From positions 1-53,287 of IMG/VR virus record IMGVR_UViG_3300005096_000121: a stretch of DNA of 53,287 bases, one strand, 5' to 3'. The position numbers and the translations under genes are program-made. This document shows, one piece after another, positions 18,791 through 26,964 of the stretch. The notes below the pieces were generated by a model that was given only the letters and a program-made list of their open reading frames with translations, was not told the DNA's origin and searched no databases. Source of the DNA: a virus (Duplodnaviria > Caudoviricetes). Each line of letters starts with the position of its first letter. Within the stretch, counting starts at the first letter, position 1.

Positions 18791-19093
18791 ATGGCTATTA
18801 CAACTGACGGCCTCCGTCCGAACCAGTTCAACAAAGCAATCAGTGGTGTATCTGAGGGTTTTGTGTGGGCTAGTAGTGACACCAACTATTTTTCTAGGAC
18901 TATCAACGCTGTAGAACGACAAGAGATATCTAAGGGTATCTCTGTCGCGGAGAGTGGTTTGTATGCCTTCACCATGGCCTCTGGTTCTGCTGTGACAGTA
19001 TTCCTAGCTGCTGGGGTAATTCACCCTATTCATGCAAAAAGATTCTTAGCTGCGGGCACAACTGGCACCGGAACATTGATCGTTTGGATGTAG
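18791..19093 (+). CDS. Head spike base protein (RcGTA Rcc01079-like)
   Basis: GISV..SG...FTMASG..VT...AAG.IHPI.AKR..A.GTT.T.....W pattern. Confidence 0.65.
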   Translation: MAITTDGLRPNQFNKAISGVSEGFVWASSDTNYFSRTINAVERQEISKGISVAESGLYAFTMASGSAVTVFLAAGVIHPIHAKRFLAAGTTGTGTLIVWM

Positions 19094-19094
19094 T

Positions 19095-19877
19095 ATGTCT
19101 ACTATCACTCTTACTGCATACACGAATGGTGCGTTGACTGATGTGACTTCAGTCGCGTTGGAAGATCGTACAGATACATTTGGAGTACGAAGAACAGATA
19201 CGGGAGATATTGTAGTAGGTACTGGCACTGCTATGACTAACTCCAGTCTTGGTACTTACACAAATACATTTGCTGATCCAAGTTCTGGTGTAGTTTACGA
19301 GTATGAATACAAAGCAGTCATCAACGGAGTCACTCATTATCGAAACAAACTAGCAGAGCAAGGAACCATTGAAGACACTATCATCATTGCTTCTTCTGCC
19401 TACTACTCTTCACAAGCGGAAGTTTATCGCATGTTGGGAGAGGTGGCGACTGACTTACTTTCGGATGATGTTTCTAGGGATGATCGAAGTTTCATCTGGC
19501 AAGAAATACTTGGATCAGCTACCTCCACAATCGACCTTTATCTCCACCAATTCCACAAGCCCACTGCTTTAACAAATTCAAACTTTGTACGTAGGAGAGC
19601 AACAACTCTTGCAGCACATTTAATTTCATCGCGAAGAGGTAACGCTCCTCTATTCTCAGATCAAGTAGATCGGATTTACAGCGAACTGGACGAGCTAAGA
19701 TCAGGAAGACTGACATTACCTGGAGTAGAAGAGATTGGTTTCTTTGGTCCTCTGGTACGAAACTATGAGTTAGAGACCTACCGAAGATATCATCCATTGA
19801 GAGTTGAATCCTCCACCTCCACTGGGGATAGATATGCTGGAGAAGATACTTCGTGGGAATATCCTTTCTGGTTTTAG
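19095..19877 (+). CDS. Head-tail adaptor (Mu gp36/DUF1320-like C-terminal domain) fused to N-terminal beta domain
   Basis: Y.SQ.EV...LG...A...ID.YL.....P...LA...L..L..G.L.L pattern; position after MCP. Confidence 0.65.
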   Translation: MSTITLTAYTNGALTDVTSVALEDRTDTFGVRRTDTGDIVVGTGTAMTNSSLGTYTNTFADPSSGVVYEYEYKAVINGVTHYRNKLAEQGTIEDTIIIASSAYYSSQAEVYRMLGEVATDLLSDDVSRDDRSFIWQEILGSATSTIDLYLHQFHKPTALTNSNFVRRRATTLAAHLISSRRGNAPLFSDQVDRIYSELDELRSGRLTLPGVEEIGFFGPLVRNYELETYRRYHPLRVESSTSTGDRYAGEDTSWEYPFWF

Positions 19878-19883
19878 TGGCAG

Positions 19884-20633
19884 ATGACTAGAATAATAAC
19901 TACCAAGCTGAGCAAGTCTGAAGTCAAAAGAGTCATAAGAGAGATACCGGGAATCATTTCGGGAAGATTACGAGACCCACACCAACTACACAATAAGTTT
20001 TGGGGTGCTGTCGCACTCTCCATGTTTGAAAGCTTACACAAGGCATTCGAGCAAAAGAGTTTGGGCCTACAAGATGAGTTAGGTATATTTTGGAGTGACA
20101 TCAATGAAGAGACGAAAGCATACTCAAGACCCATAAACAGAAACGATCTCACAACACCACAAAGACGAGCATCCAAAAACAAGAACACTATAGGACTGCT
20201 CACACCAACCCAATACAAAGAGTGGAAAAAGATATTCAGTAAAATTTACTACTCCCTTAGAGAAAAGTTGGGGGAGTCAGAAGCCAAAGAATTCGCAGCA
20301 CAAGTAGCTTGGGACAAACTAAAGAAATCAGGAGCAAGCACCAAGATAGATGTACTAGGGAGAAGAGACCTTCTCATCATGCGAAACTCGGATAAGTTGT
20401 TCAAGTCTTTCTTCCCAGGAAAACTCACCAAAAATTCTTATAGAAAATACAACAAAGATCAAGTTTACATTGTCGAAAAAGGTTCCGTAACTGTGGGTAC
20501 TCAAGTAGACTATGCTGGTGATGCTTTTGAGAAACGTCCTATGTTTGCTGGTGATATGAGTCCTTGGATACGAAGAGCAACTAAATCAGGCTCTAAGAGA
20601 TTGCTAGAGTACCTACAAGAGACACTGACATGA
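19884..20633 (+). CDS. Virion morphogenesis/tail completion protein (Mu gpG-like)
   Basis: Basic; F.Q.......W, VTVGT.VDYA....KRPMF motif. Confidence 0.6.
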   Translation: MTRIITTKLSKSEVKRVIREIPGIISGRLRDPHQLHNKFWGAVALSMFESLHKAFEQKSLGLQDELGIFWSDINEETKAYSRPINRNDLTTPQRRASKNKNTIGLLTPTQYKEWKKIFSKIYYSLREKLGESEAKEFAAQVAWDKLKKSGASTKIDVLGRRDLLIMRNSDKLFKSFFPGKLTKNSYRKYNKDQVYIVEKGSVTVGTQVDYAGDAFEKRPMFAGDMSPWIRRATKSGSKRLLEYLQETLT

Positions 20634-21220
20634 TAGAGGGAGAATATTTACTGAAAGCTGTTAGAAACAAGTTGAGATCAGATTTGAAGGATGTTGTTGG
20701 TAGGCGGGGGATGAGCAGTAAGAGCCACAACAAGTCTATTCAAATCATGCCGGACGAAAAGGTGCCGGCACTAGCTGGAGAGGAGTTCATTTCAGTTTAC
20801 GGTTCTCAATTTGTTAATTTGTATCCTGCTCAGACACAAGTAGCGAAGGAAAGCTATTCCCTATCAGTCGGAATAACCAGGAGAGTGTCGGGTCAGTTTT
20901 CGGCAAGAGTTGGTGACACCATTTACACGAAAGACACGCAGGTACTCAATCGACTCAAACCTTCCATGCTAAAGAGAGCAAGATTGATTATCAACATGAT
21001 TGATGGGATATACCCCATCATAAATGCTGCCAATTTGAACACAGACGCATCTTTAGGTGAGTGTGACTTCTACACTCCCCTAGGATTACTATCCGCAGAT
21101 GCTCAACCAAGATACGTAGACGAAGATCATTTTTTTACTGACCCTAGTAACAACAAATTCCACAAAGGTCTTTTCATGGAGATCAACTTTGGTGGTGCTG
21201 AATTGTTACGAGCAAAATAA
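20630..21220 (+). CDS. Probable tail terminator/neck protein
   Basis: Size and position directly before the tail tube candidate. Confidence 0.5.
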   Translation: MIEGEYLLKAVRNKLRSDLKDVVGRRGMSSKSHNKSIQIMPDEKVPALAGEEFISVYGSQFVNLYPAQTQVAKESYSLSVGITRRVSGQFSARVGDTIYTKDTQVLNRLKPSMLKRARLIINMIDGIYPIINAANLNTDASLGECDFYTPLGLLSADAQPRYVDEDHFFTDPSNNKFHKGLFMEINFGGAELLRAK

Positions 21221-21232
21221 AGTGAGGTAATC

Positions 21233-21790
21233 ATGTCTCTATTGAGCAGCCCAATTGCTGGCTACCATGCAATTAGCCATAAAGAGAGAAGTCAAACTAT
21301 AGCTGGTTCTCCCTATCTAGCTTTAGGATCGACTGGACCTGAGGGGATCAATCTTTCCGTCAGTAGAACCTTCCAAGATATTACTGGTGATGCTCTCGGA
21401 GATACCATCGTTGATCAGGTGTACACAGGAGGAAACTGTGTACTTGAATTTGTTCTACAAGAGATTGATAGTGATGCTGTAAGAGATTTCATTAGTTCAA
21501 CTCGCTGGACAGATAATCCCTCAACAACAGTTCCTTCGCACAATGAAGTGGGTATTCTTGGGCATCTAGCTTCTTCGTTTGCTGGAGTTCTCAAGCTCAC
21601 TCCAGTCGCTGGTACGTCTGCTGCGGATGCTCATGGTGGGAATTCTACAAGGAATTTTATTGGTCATGTTATTGACGACTTCAATGAGACTCTTGATGTA
21701 AAACTCAATGTAGTTCCCATACGATTTCGATGTTTACCATTTGTCAGTTCAGCTACTGGAAGTCCTCAAGTCTGGTGGGAATGGGAATAA
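21233..21790 (+). CDS. Probable tail tube (major tail) protein
   Basis: LG.T..EG..LS....FQDI..D.LG...VD.V..G....LEF.LQE pattern typical of sipho tube proteins. Confidence 0.7.
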   Translation: MSLLSSPIAGYHAISHKERSQTIAGSPYLALGSTGPEGINLSVSRTFQDITGDALGDTIVDQVYTGGNCVLEFVLQEIDSDAVRDFISSTRWTDNPSTTVPSHNEVGILGHLASSFAGVLKLTPVAGTSAADAHGGNSTRNFIGHVIDDFNETLDVKLNVVPIRFRCLPFVSSATGSPQVWWEWE

Positions 21791-21831
21791 GATTCTCTGA
21801 TTAAATTTCACCATTCAGAGGGTAATCTACC

Positions 21832-23013
21832 ATGGCTGACGAGACCATCAAAATCACGATTGATGACGATTCCTTATCGTCAACTCAATCAGATACTGTC
21901 AATACTGTTCCCGATAGTATTCAAGATGTGATGGATGAGTTGAATGGTCTCTCTTCTAAAGCGACAGACGCAAAAGATTCTCTTGATGATCTGAGTTCTT
22001 CCACAGACAAAACGAAAGAGAATCTATCCGATGACTTGTCGGGTGATGTAGACAGAACGATAGAAAGCTTTGGAGATTTGTTATCCGCCCAAGTCGATAC
22101 AATTACCGGGAGTCTTTCGGAGCTAGAAAAAACATCACAGTCTTTTGATGAGCAACTGAAAACGACAGTACAGTCAGAACAAGAACTGAATGAAGAGATT
22201 GTCAGTCTTGTAGACAAATTGAAACAAGTAGAGAGTGAGTTTTCCAATCTACAAGAAAAGGTAGCGGATCAGAACAAAGCAGGAAAGAAGTCTGAAAAGT
22301 CAGGAAGACTTCTCATACGTCAAACATCTAATTTGGCAAGATCAAGTGGAATTGTAAGCAGTAGCTTAAATCAAGTAGTGAATGCTAGTACAGCCTTAGC
22401 TACAAAGTTGGGTAAGCTCGGTTTTGTATTTGTCGCAATGACTGTTGCCGCAGTGCTCGCAGCTAAGGCGATGAAGGCTTTAGACTCTTTTGCAGATTCT
22501 TTAGCGAAACAAATTGGAGGATTTTCTGCTGAGAGTGTAGAGGCCAATGTCAACAAAAGCATTAAGGAACTTGAGGACAGAATAAGGTTGGGTCAAGAAC
22601 GTGGTCAAGATGCGGCAGAGTTGACAAATGCTACAACAGAGATGGGACAAGAGATACGACAATTCAAAAGATCAATGCTGGAATTGTTTCTTCCATTAAT
22701 GGCACTAATAGTCAAACTATTGGCAGGTGCAGTGAAGGTTTTGAATTTTATTTTGGAACCCGTCATAATGATAAACAATACTTTTTTGTCAGTGAAAGAT
22801 TTGTTCGTATCGCTCATTACTTTTATGTTTCCTATGCTGACTGAATTGGTGCGACAAATAGTGAGTAATACAGAAAAAGATGAAGTTCCGCCGGACCATT
22901 CCGAAGACTTTGCTGCGTTATTCGATCCAGACAATGTGGGATTTCGCAACAAAGACAGGGGAAAGTCATTTAAGAAGAAGTTCGACCAAATGTTTGGAGC
23001 ACCCAGAAACTAA
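21832..23013 (+). CDS. Probable tape measure protein (short, 393 aa)
   Basis: MAD.TIKITI start, long coiled coil, hydrophobic/amphipathic repeats. Confidence 0.65.
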   Translation: MADETIKITIDDDSLSSTQSDTVNTVPDSIQDVMDELNGLSSKATDAKDSLDDLSSSTDKTKENLSDDLSGDVDRTIESFGDLLSAQVDTITGSLSELEKTSQSFDEQLKTTVQSEQELNEEIVSLVDKLKQVESEFSNLQEKVADQNKAGKKSEKSGRLLIRQTSNLARSSGIVSSSLNQVVNASTALATKLGKLGFVFVAMTVAAVLAAKAMKALDSFADSLAKQIGGFSAESVEANVNKSIKELEDRIRLGQERGQDAAELTNATTEMGQEIRQFKRSMLELFLPLMALIVKLLAGAVKVLNFILEPVIMINNTFLSVKDLFVSLITFMFPMLTELVRQIVSNTEKDEVPPDHSEDFAALFDPDNVGFRNKDRGKSFKKKFDQMFGAPRN

Positions 23014-24914
23014 TGGCTGTCGCAGGTTATCCGTCGAATCAAGCATCTAACCAACGTAATGTTGGTTATCGCAGTATAAACGTATCTAATGCTGGTGGCG
23101 AAGGTACGTTTTTAAGCCAAATCATCTATAACGGATTTGAATTTCCTGCAACTCTCAATTCTAGTGCTACCGTAGTTCAAGAATACGATGATGCCAAACG
23201 AACTGTTAAGTATCTCACAATAGCAATCACAGTAGATTGTGTTATCACACCAGAAAGTATCAATCTTGTCGGCTATCAAAACACTGACAATATGATGGAT
23301 GAGTTGCGGACTAGATTATCACAACCCGGACAATCCTTAATTATTAAATCCAAAGGTCTGGGTAACATCAGTGTCAATACAAGCAATTCTAATGACTATA
23401 GGGACGTTGATAATGGGCCTAAGCCGCAAGTTATAGAAATGAAACCGATTGCTGGTGAACGAGCAATCCAAGTAACTTGGCTAGTGACTACACGTATCCC
23501 TGCTTGTGGTCGTGGTAGATCGTCCGGAAACATCGCTCAATCAACTCACTCCATTTCTTGGTCAACTTCTGCATTAGGTTTGACGACTAGAACAATTAAA
23601 GGAGTAGTTGAGCAGGCACAAACAAGAAATGCTAACTTCTCTGGATCATCTCAAGCAAGTAGTCAGATACCATTCCCCACACCATTACTTAATGAATTCA
23701 TAAGAACTCTTAGAATATATCCTGCTATCGGAGGATTCAAAAGAGAAACTTCCTATGATCTTTCTAGGGATCGAAAGACTCTAAACTACCAAATATCTGA
23801 CACAGAATATGCGACTAACTTCCCACTGTTTCCGGGAGTTATAGAGTCGACCATAACTCAATCTCTAAGTTCTAATTATCTTAAAGACGGCTTTAGAACC
23901 TGGGACCTGAAAATATCAGGAACATTGACTCTGGGAAAACCGCTGTCATCTAGTACAGAAACCTTAAATGAGCAAAAAAGGATTGCTTGGATCTATCTAG
24001 GATTGATGGTGGGGGAGAGATTGAATCGGGTAAAGAATGAGCAGTTCAAAATAGACAAAGCAAAGGATTTTCAAGGATCAGAATCTGGAACTAAAACAGT
24101 GCACACAATTCCAAACAAAGTAGAAATAAGTGACCAGATACACGGCAACTCATTTAGTTTTTCTTTCTCGTGGTTCTTGTACTGTCCCACTAATCTACTC
24201 TTTGCTGCGACTGGACTATTTGATCCCCCAACGATATCTGGACTAACTTGGGAACAGCATGCCACAAGCCTTGTCAGAAATGGTGTCAATAATCGAGTGA
24301 GTTCGGTCATACCTATCAATGCAATAGCGGCAGATTATATTATAGATTTGTGCAATCCTCCCCAACAATTTTCATCTACAGAAGCCGCCGAACCTTCCCC
24401 ACGATCGACTCTCGAATCACTACTCACTCCTTCTTATCCGAATGAGAAGGACAGTATTATGGTTTACAAAAACGAAACAGAAGTAGAAGTAAAAGAAGAA
24501 GTCATTCAAAGTCAACCTATCACCGATCCAGCAGCAAGTCCGGAAAAGCTAAACACAGGAATAGGAACTGAACTTATACCTTCTCCAGGAGATGGCGGTT
24601 CATTTTCAACTCCACCTGTAATCATACGACCAATAGAGACAGTACACACTGTTATTATGCGAGGTTATGCGATACGAGTAGGGTATAGAATGAATGCTCC
24701 GAACCTGCTATCCTACGGCGGACAGGCAGCAATCCGATCTGAGACCAGTCGAGTAAAGGAGAGTATAATAGCGTTGTCCCCTTCCGTACCATCTGGGGGC
24801 ACTAGAAAATCTCCCACCATTTATCGACTCGATTGGGAAAAGGTTTATGTACTTGCTGGCAGACCAAAAACAAATGTAAAACAAACTGATGGTGATCCAA
24901 GAAACTTTGTATAA
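23013..24914 (+). CDS. Tail (distal tail/tip) structural protein
   Basis: 633 aa S/T-rich beta protein coupled (TAATG) to TMP. Confidence 0.55.
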   Translation: MAVAGYPSNQASNQRNVGYRSINVSNAGGEGTFLSQIIYNGFEFPATLNSSATVVQEYDDAKRTVKYLTIAITVDCVITPESINLVGYQNTDNMMDELRTRLSQPGQSLIIKSKGLGNISVNTSNSNDYRDVDNGPKPQVIEMKPIAGERAIQVTWLVTTRIPACGRGRSSGNIAQSTHSISWSTSALGLTTRTIKGVVEQAQTRNANFSGSSQASSQIPFPTPLLNEFIRTLRIYPAIGGFKRETSYDLSRDRKTLNYQISDTEYATNFPLFPGVIESTITQSLSSNYLKDGFRTWDLKISGTLTLGKPLSSSTETLNEQKRIAWIYLGLMVGERLNRVKNEQFKIDKAKDFQGSESGTKTVHTIPNKVEISDQIHGNSFSFSFSWFLYCPTNLLFAATGLFDPPTISGLTWEQHATSLVRNGVNNRVSSVIPINAIAADYIIDLCNPPQQFSSTEAAEPSPRSTLESLLTPSYPNEKDSIMVYKNETEVEVKEEVIQSQPITDPAASPEKLNTGIGTELIPSPGDGGSFSTPPVIIRPIETVHTVIMRGYAIRVGYRMNAPNLLSYGGQAAIRSETSRVKESIIALSPSVPSGGTRKSPTIYRLDWEKVYVLAGRPKTNVKQTDGDPRNFV

Positions 24915-24925
24915 AGGAGTGAGCA

Positions 24926-25207
24926 ATGAGTGATTTTGTAATTGACACGGATGAAGTGCAGTTTGTAGATAAGAAAGGGAATCTTCTTGTCAAAGGATCG
25001 TTGATCGACCTCAGTTACGCAACTGCCATGATAATGGCTGACGACAAGTCTAAGAGCAGAGAAGAGCAGGGTAATATACTTGCGACTATGTTTGTGGATA
25101 AGTTTCAGCCCAAACAAGCTAGTGGTGTTATCGACATTTCTTGGGGTACTGCCTTAAAGATTTCAATAAAAGTCAATGAGGCATTGGAAAAAGAAAAAAA
25201 AAGTTAA
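24926..25207 (+). CDS. Probable tail assembly chaperone (gpG-like)
   Basis: Ends ...EKEKKS with slippery A AAA AAA at 25195-25201. Confidence 0.6.
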   Translation: MSDFVIDTDEVQFVDKKGNLLVKGSLIDLSYATAMIMADDKSKSREEQGNILATMFVDKFQPKQASGVIDISWGTALKISIKVNEALEKEKKS

Positions 25208-25224
25208 GACCAGTAGCTAGACTA

Positions 25225-25464
25225 ATGGCTACTTATGGTCCCGAAGTCATTATGCAAAACAATGACCTAACGCACCAAACTAAACTGTCACTACTCTATT
25301 TGCTATTACCTCTCGTAGACGTGTACAGAGATAATTTTGTGAGAAGATGTAATGAGAACAAATCAGCAAAAAGAGTCTATCTTGAAACTCTGCTACTTGG
25401 TGGAAACGAACAGGATGCGAGGGTGAAGGAAGCATGGCAAAAGATAAATCTAAGTCGGGAGTAG
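25225..25464 (+). CDS. Probable -1 frameshift extension of tail assembly chaperone (gpT-like)
   Basis: -1 frame is open from the slippery site (AAG TTA AGA CCA GTA GCT AGA CTA ATG) and lacks a clear RBS. Confidence 0.55.
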   Translation: MATYGPEVIMQNNDLTHQTKLSLLYLLLPLVDVYRDNFVRRCNENKSAKRVYLETLLLGGNEQDARVKEAWQKINLSRE

Positions 25465-26720
25465 ACAACCTTCTACGGGATGATACCTTAGGCTACCGCC
25501 CTTCTAACACTTCTCCGATCAGAGCTTTCGTAAACATCAATCGACCTTTGTTCTACAGAGCAAAGTATATTCCCGAGATGTTACGGGACCCGAGAGTCTC
25601 TTTTGGTGTAAAACTAATCAAAGGACCGATTCTATCCAAAGCAAGATTTAAGATAGAAACCAAGGATGAAGAACTTAAACAATCTTTGATCCGACAGATT
25701 ACCAAGTTCTGGACCAAGGCAGCTTGTGTATCTCTCCACAGTATCATCTATGGATTTTCAGGAAGCCAAGTCATCTACAAATTCAACAAAGAATTTGGCT
25801 TGATGGAGTTCCACAATCTCAAACATCTAAAGACTCACGATGTAAGACCTCTCATTGGAAAAGACACAGACGAAATAGTTGCGGTAGCCGTCAAAGGAAT
25901 CAAGCACAAAGGTCTAGTCTATCTTCGTCCAACTAAATTCCTTTGGTGTGTTCACGAGAAGACTCATCACAGATGGTTTGGAAGAAGTCGACTAGAGGGA
26001 GCCTTCATCCCTTGGTATGAGCAGTGGATGCCTAGAGGCTACCGCAGTATCCGCCAGATGTGGTTCTACAAGAACGCCTACACCTCAGTCTCTATGAGAG
26101 TCCCTCACGGCTCCACTAAGGACAGCAATGGTGAATTGGTGCCCAATATGCGTTTGGCACAAGAGATCGCTGACAGGTACGTCACAGGCTCCTCAGCTCT
26201 CTTACCCAGATCACCAGACGGAGATAATGACTGGGAATTGGAACCTGGAAAGAGCACTCCTGTTCCTGATGGGCTTCTTGAGTACGGAGAAGTCCTAGGA
26301 AATGAGATATGGGAAGGGATGGGTATTCCTCCCGAAGTAGTCTCAGCGGGTGGAACAGGAGCTTTTGCGGGACGTAGAATTCCTCAACAAGCTTATTACT
26401 CTGTCTTGCAAGAAGTCATTAACGAACATATATTTGATTTCGATGACCAAGTGCTTCGTCCCATGGCTATCCTCAATCATGGGCATGATGACTACGAGAT
26501 CAATCCAATAAGTCTCCTAGACACGCTTCAACAAGAAGAGATGGGTTTGATTACTGGAGACGCTGGACCAGAAGAGACTGAAGAAGGCTCGGAACAAGAA
26601 CCAGGAGAACCAGGAAAAGTTCCACCTAAGAAACCGACCAATGGAAAGATTGAAGACAGAGCAAGTAATTCTCACAATCGTAATGAACGTATTGTTGCTG
26701 ACAATCAAAAAGGAGAATAG
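25434..26720 (+). CDS. Portal protein (DUF935/Mu gp29-like)
   Basis: EML.DP.V, SI.YGFSG..V.Y, KFL...H......FG.SRL...F.PW, EI...MG.P pattern. Confidence 0.8.
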   Translation: MAKDKSKSGVDNLLRDDTLGYRPSNTSPIRAFVNINRPLFYRAKYIPEMLRDPRVSFGVKLIKGPILSKARFKIETKDEELKQSLIRQITKFWTKAACVSLHSIIYGFSGSQVIYKFNKEFGLMEFHNLKHLKTHDVRPLIGKDTDEIVAVAVKGIKHKGLVYLRPTKFLWCVHEKTHHRWFGRSRLEGAFIPWYEQWMPRGYRSIRQMWFYKNAYTSVSMRVPHGSTKDSNGELVPNMRLAQEIADRYVTGSSALLPRSPDGDNDWELEPGKSTPVPDGLLEYGEVLGNEIWEGMGIPPEVVSAGGTGAFAGRRIPQQAYYSVLQEVINEHIFDFDDQVLRPMAILNHGHDDYEINPISLLDTLQQEEMGLITGDAGPEETEEGSEQEPGEPGKVPPKKPTNGKIEDRASNSHNRNERIVADNQKGE

Positions 26721-26722
26721 TT

Positions 26723-26875
26723 ATGGCACTCCCACGAAAGAATGCTCGCATCCTAGGTGTGCAAGAGAAGAAGAAACGAATTAAAACACTAGGACAACGT
26801 AGAACCAAGTCGTCAGTAATCACAAGAGACTTGCGAAGGAAATCTACTACAAAGAGTAACAAACGATTAAGCTGA
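26723..26875 (+). CDS. Very basic 50-aa peptide (possible DNA-binding/core protein)
   Basis: AAGGAG RBS; MALPRKNARILGVQEKKKRIKTLGQRRTKSSVITRDLRRKSTTKSNKRLS. Confidence 0.6.
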   Translation: MALPRKNARILGVQEKKKRIKTLGQRRTKSSVITRDLRRKSTTKSNKRLS

Positions 26876-26894
26876 TACGACCCTCCCCGGTTGT

Positions 26895-26945
26895 TAGCCC
26901 TCCTTCCAGTTGTTCCTTACGCCTGGAGGGGGGGTTATTTCTTTT
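26895..26945 (+). terminator. Intrinsic terminator
   Basis: TAGCCCTCCTTCCAG...CTGGAGGGGGGGTTA followed by TTTCTTTT. Confidence 0.65.
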
Positions 26946-26964
26946 CACGGTTCAGACCCTACAT

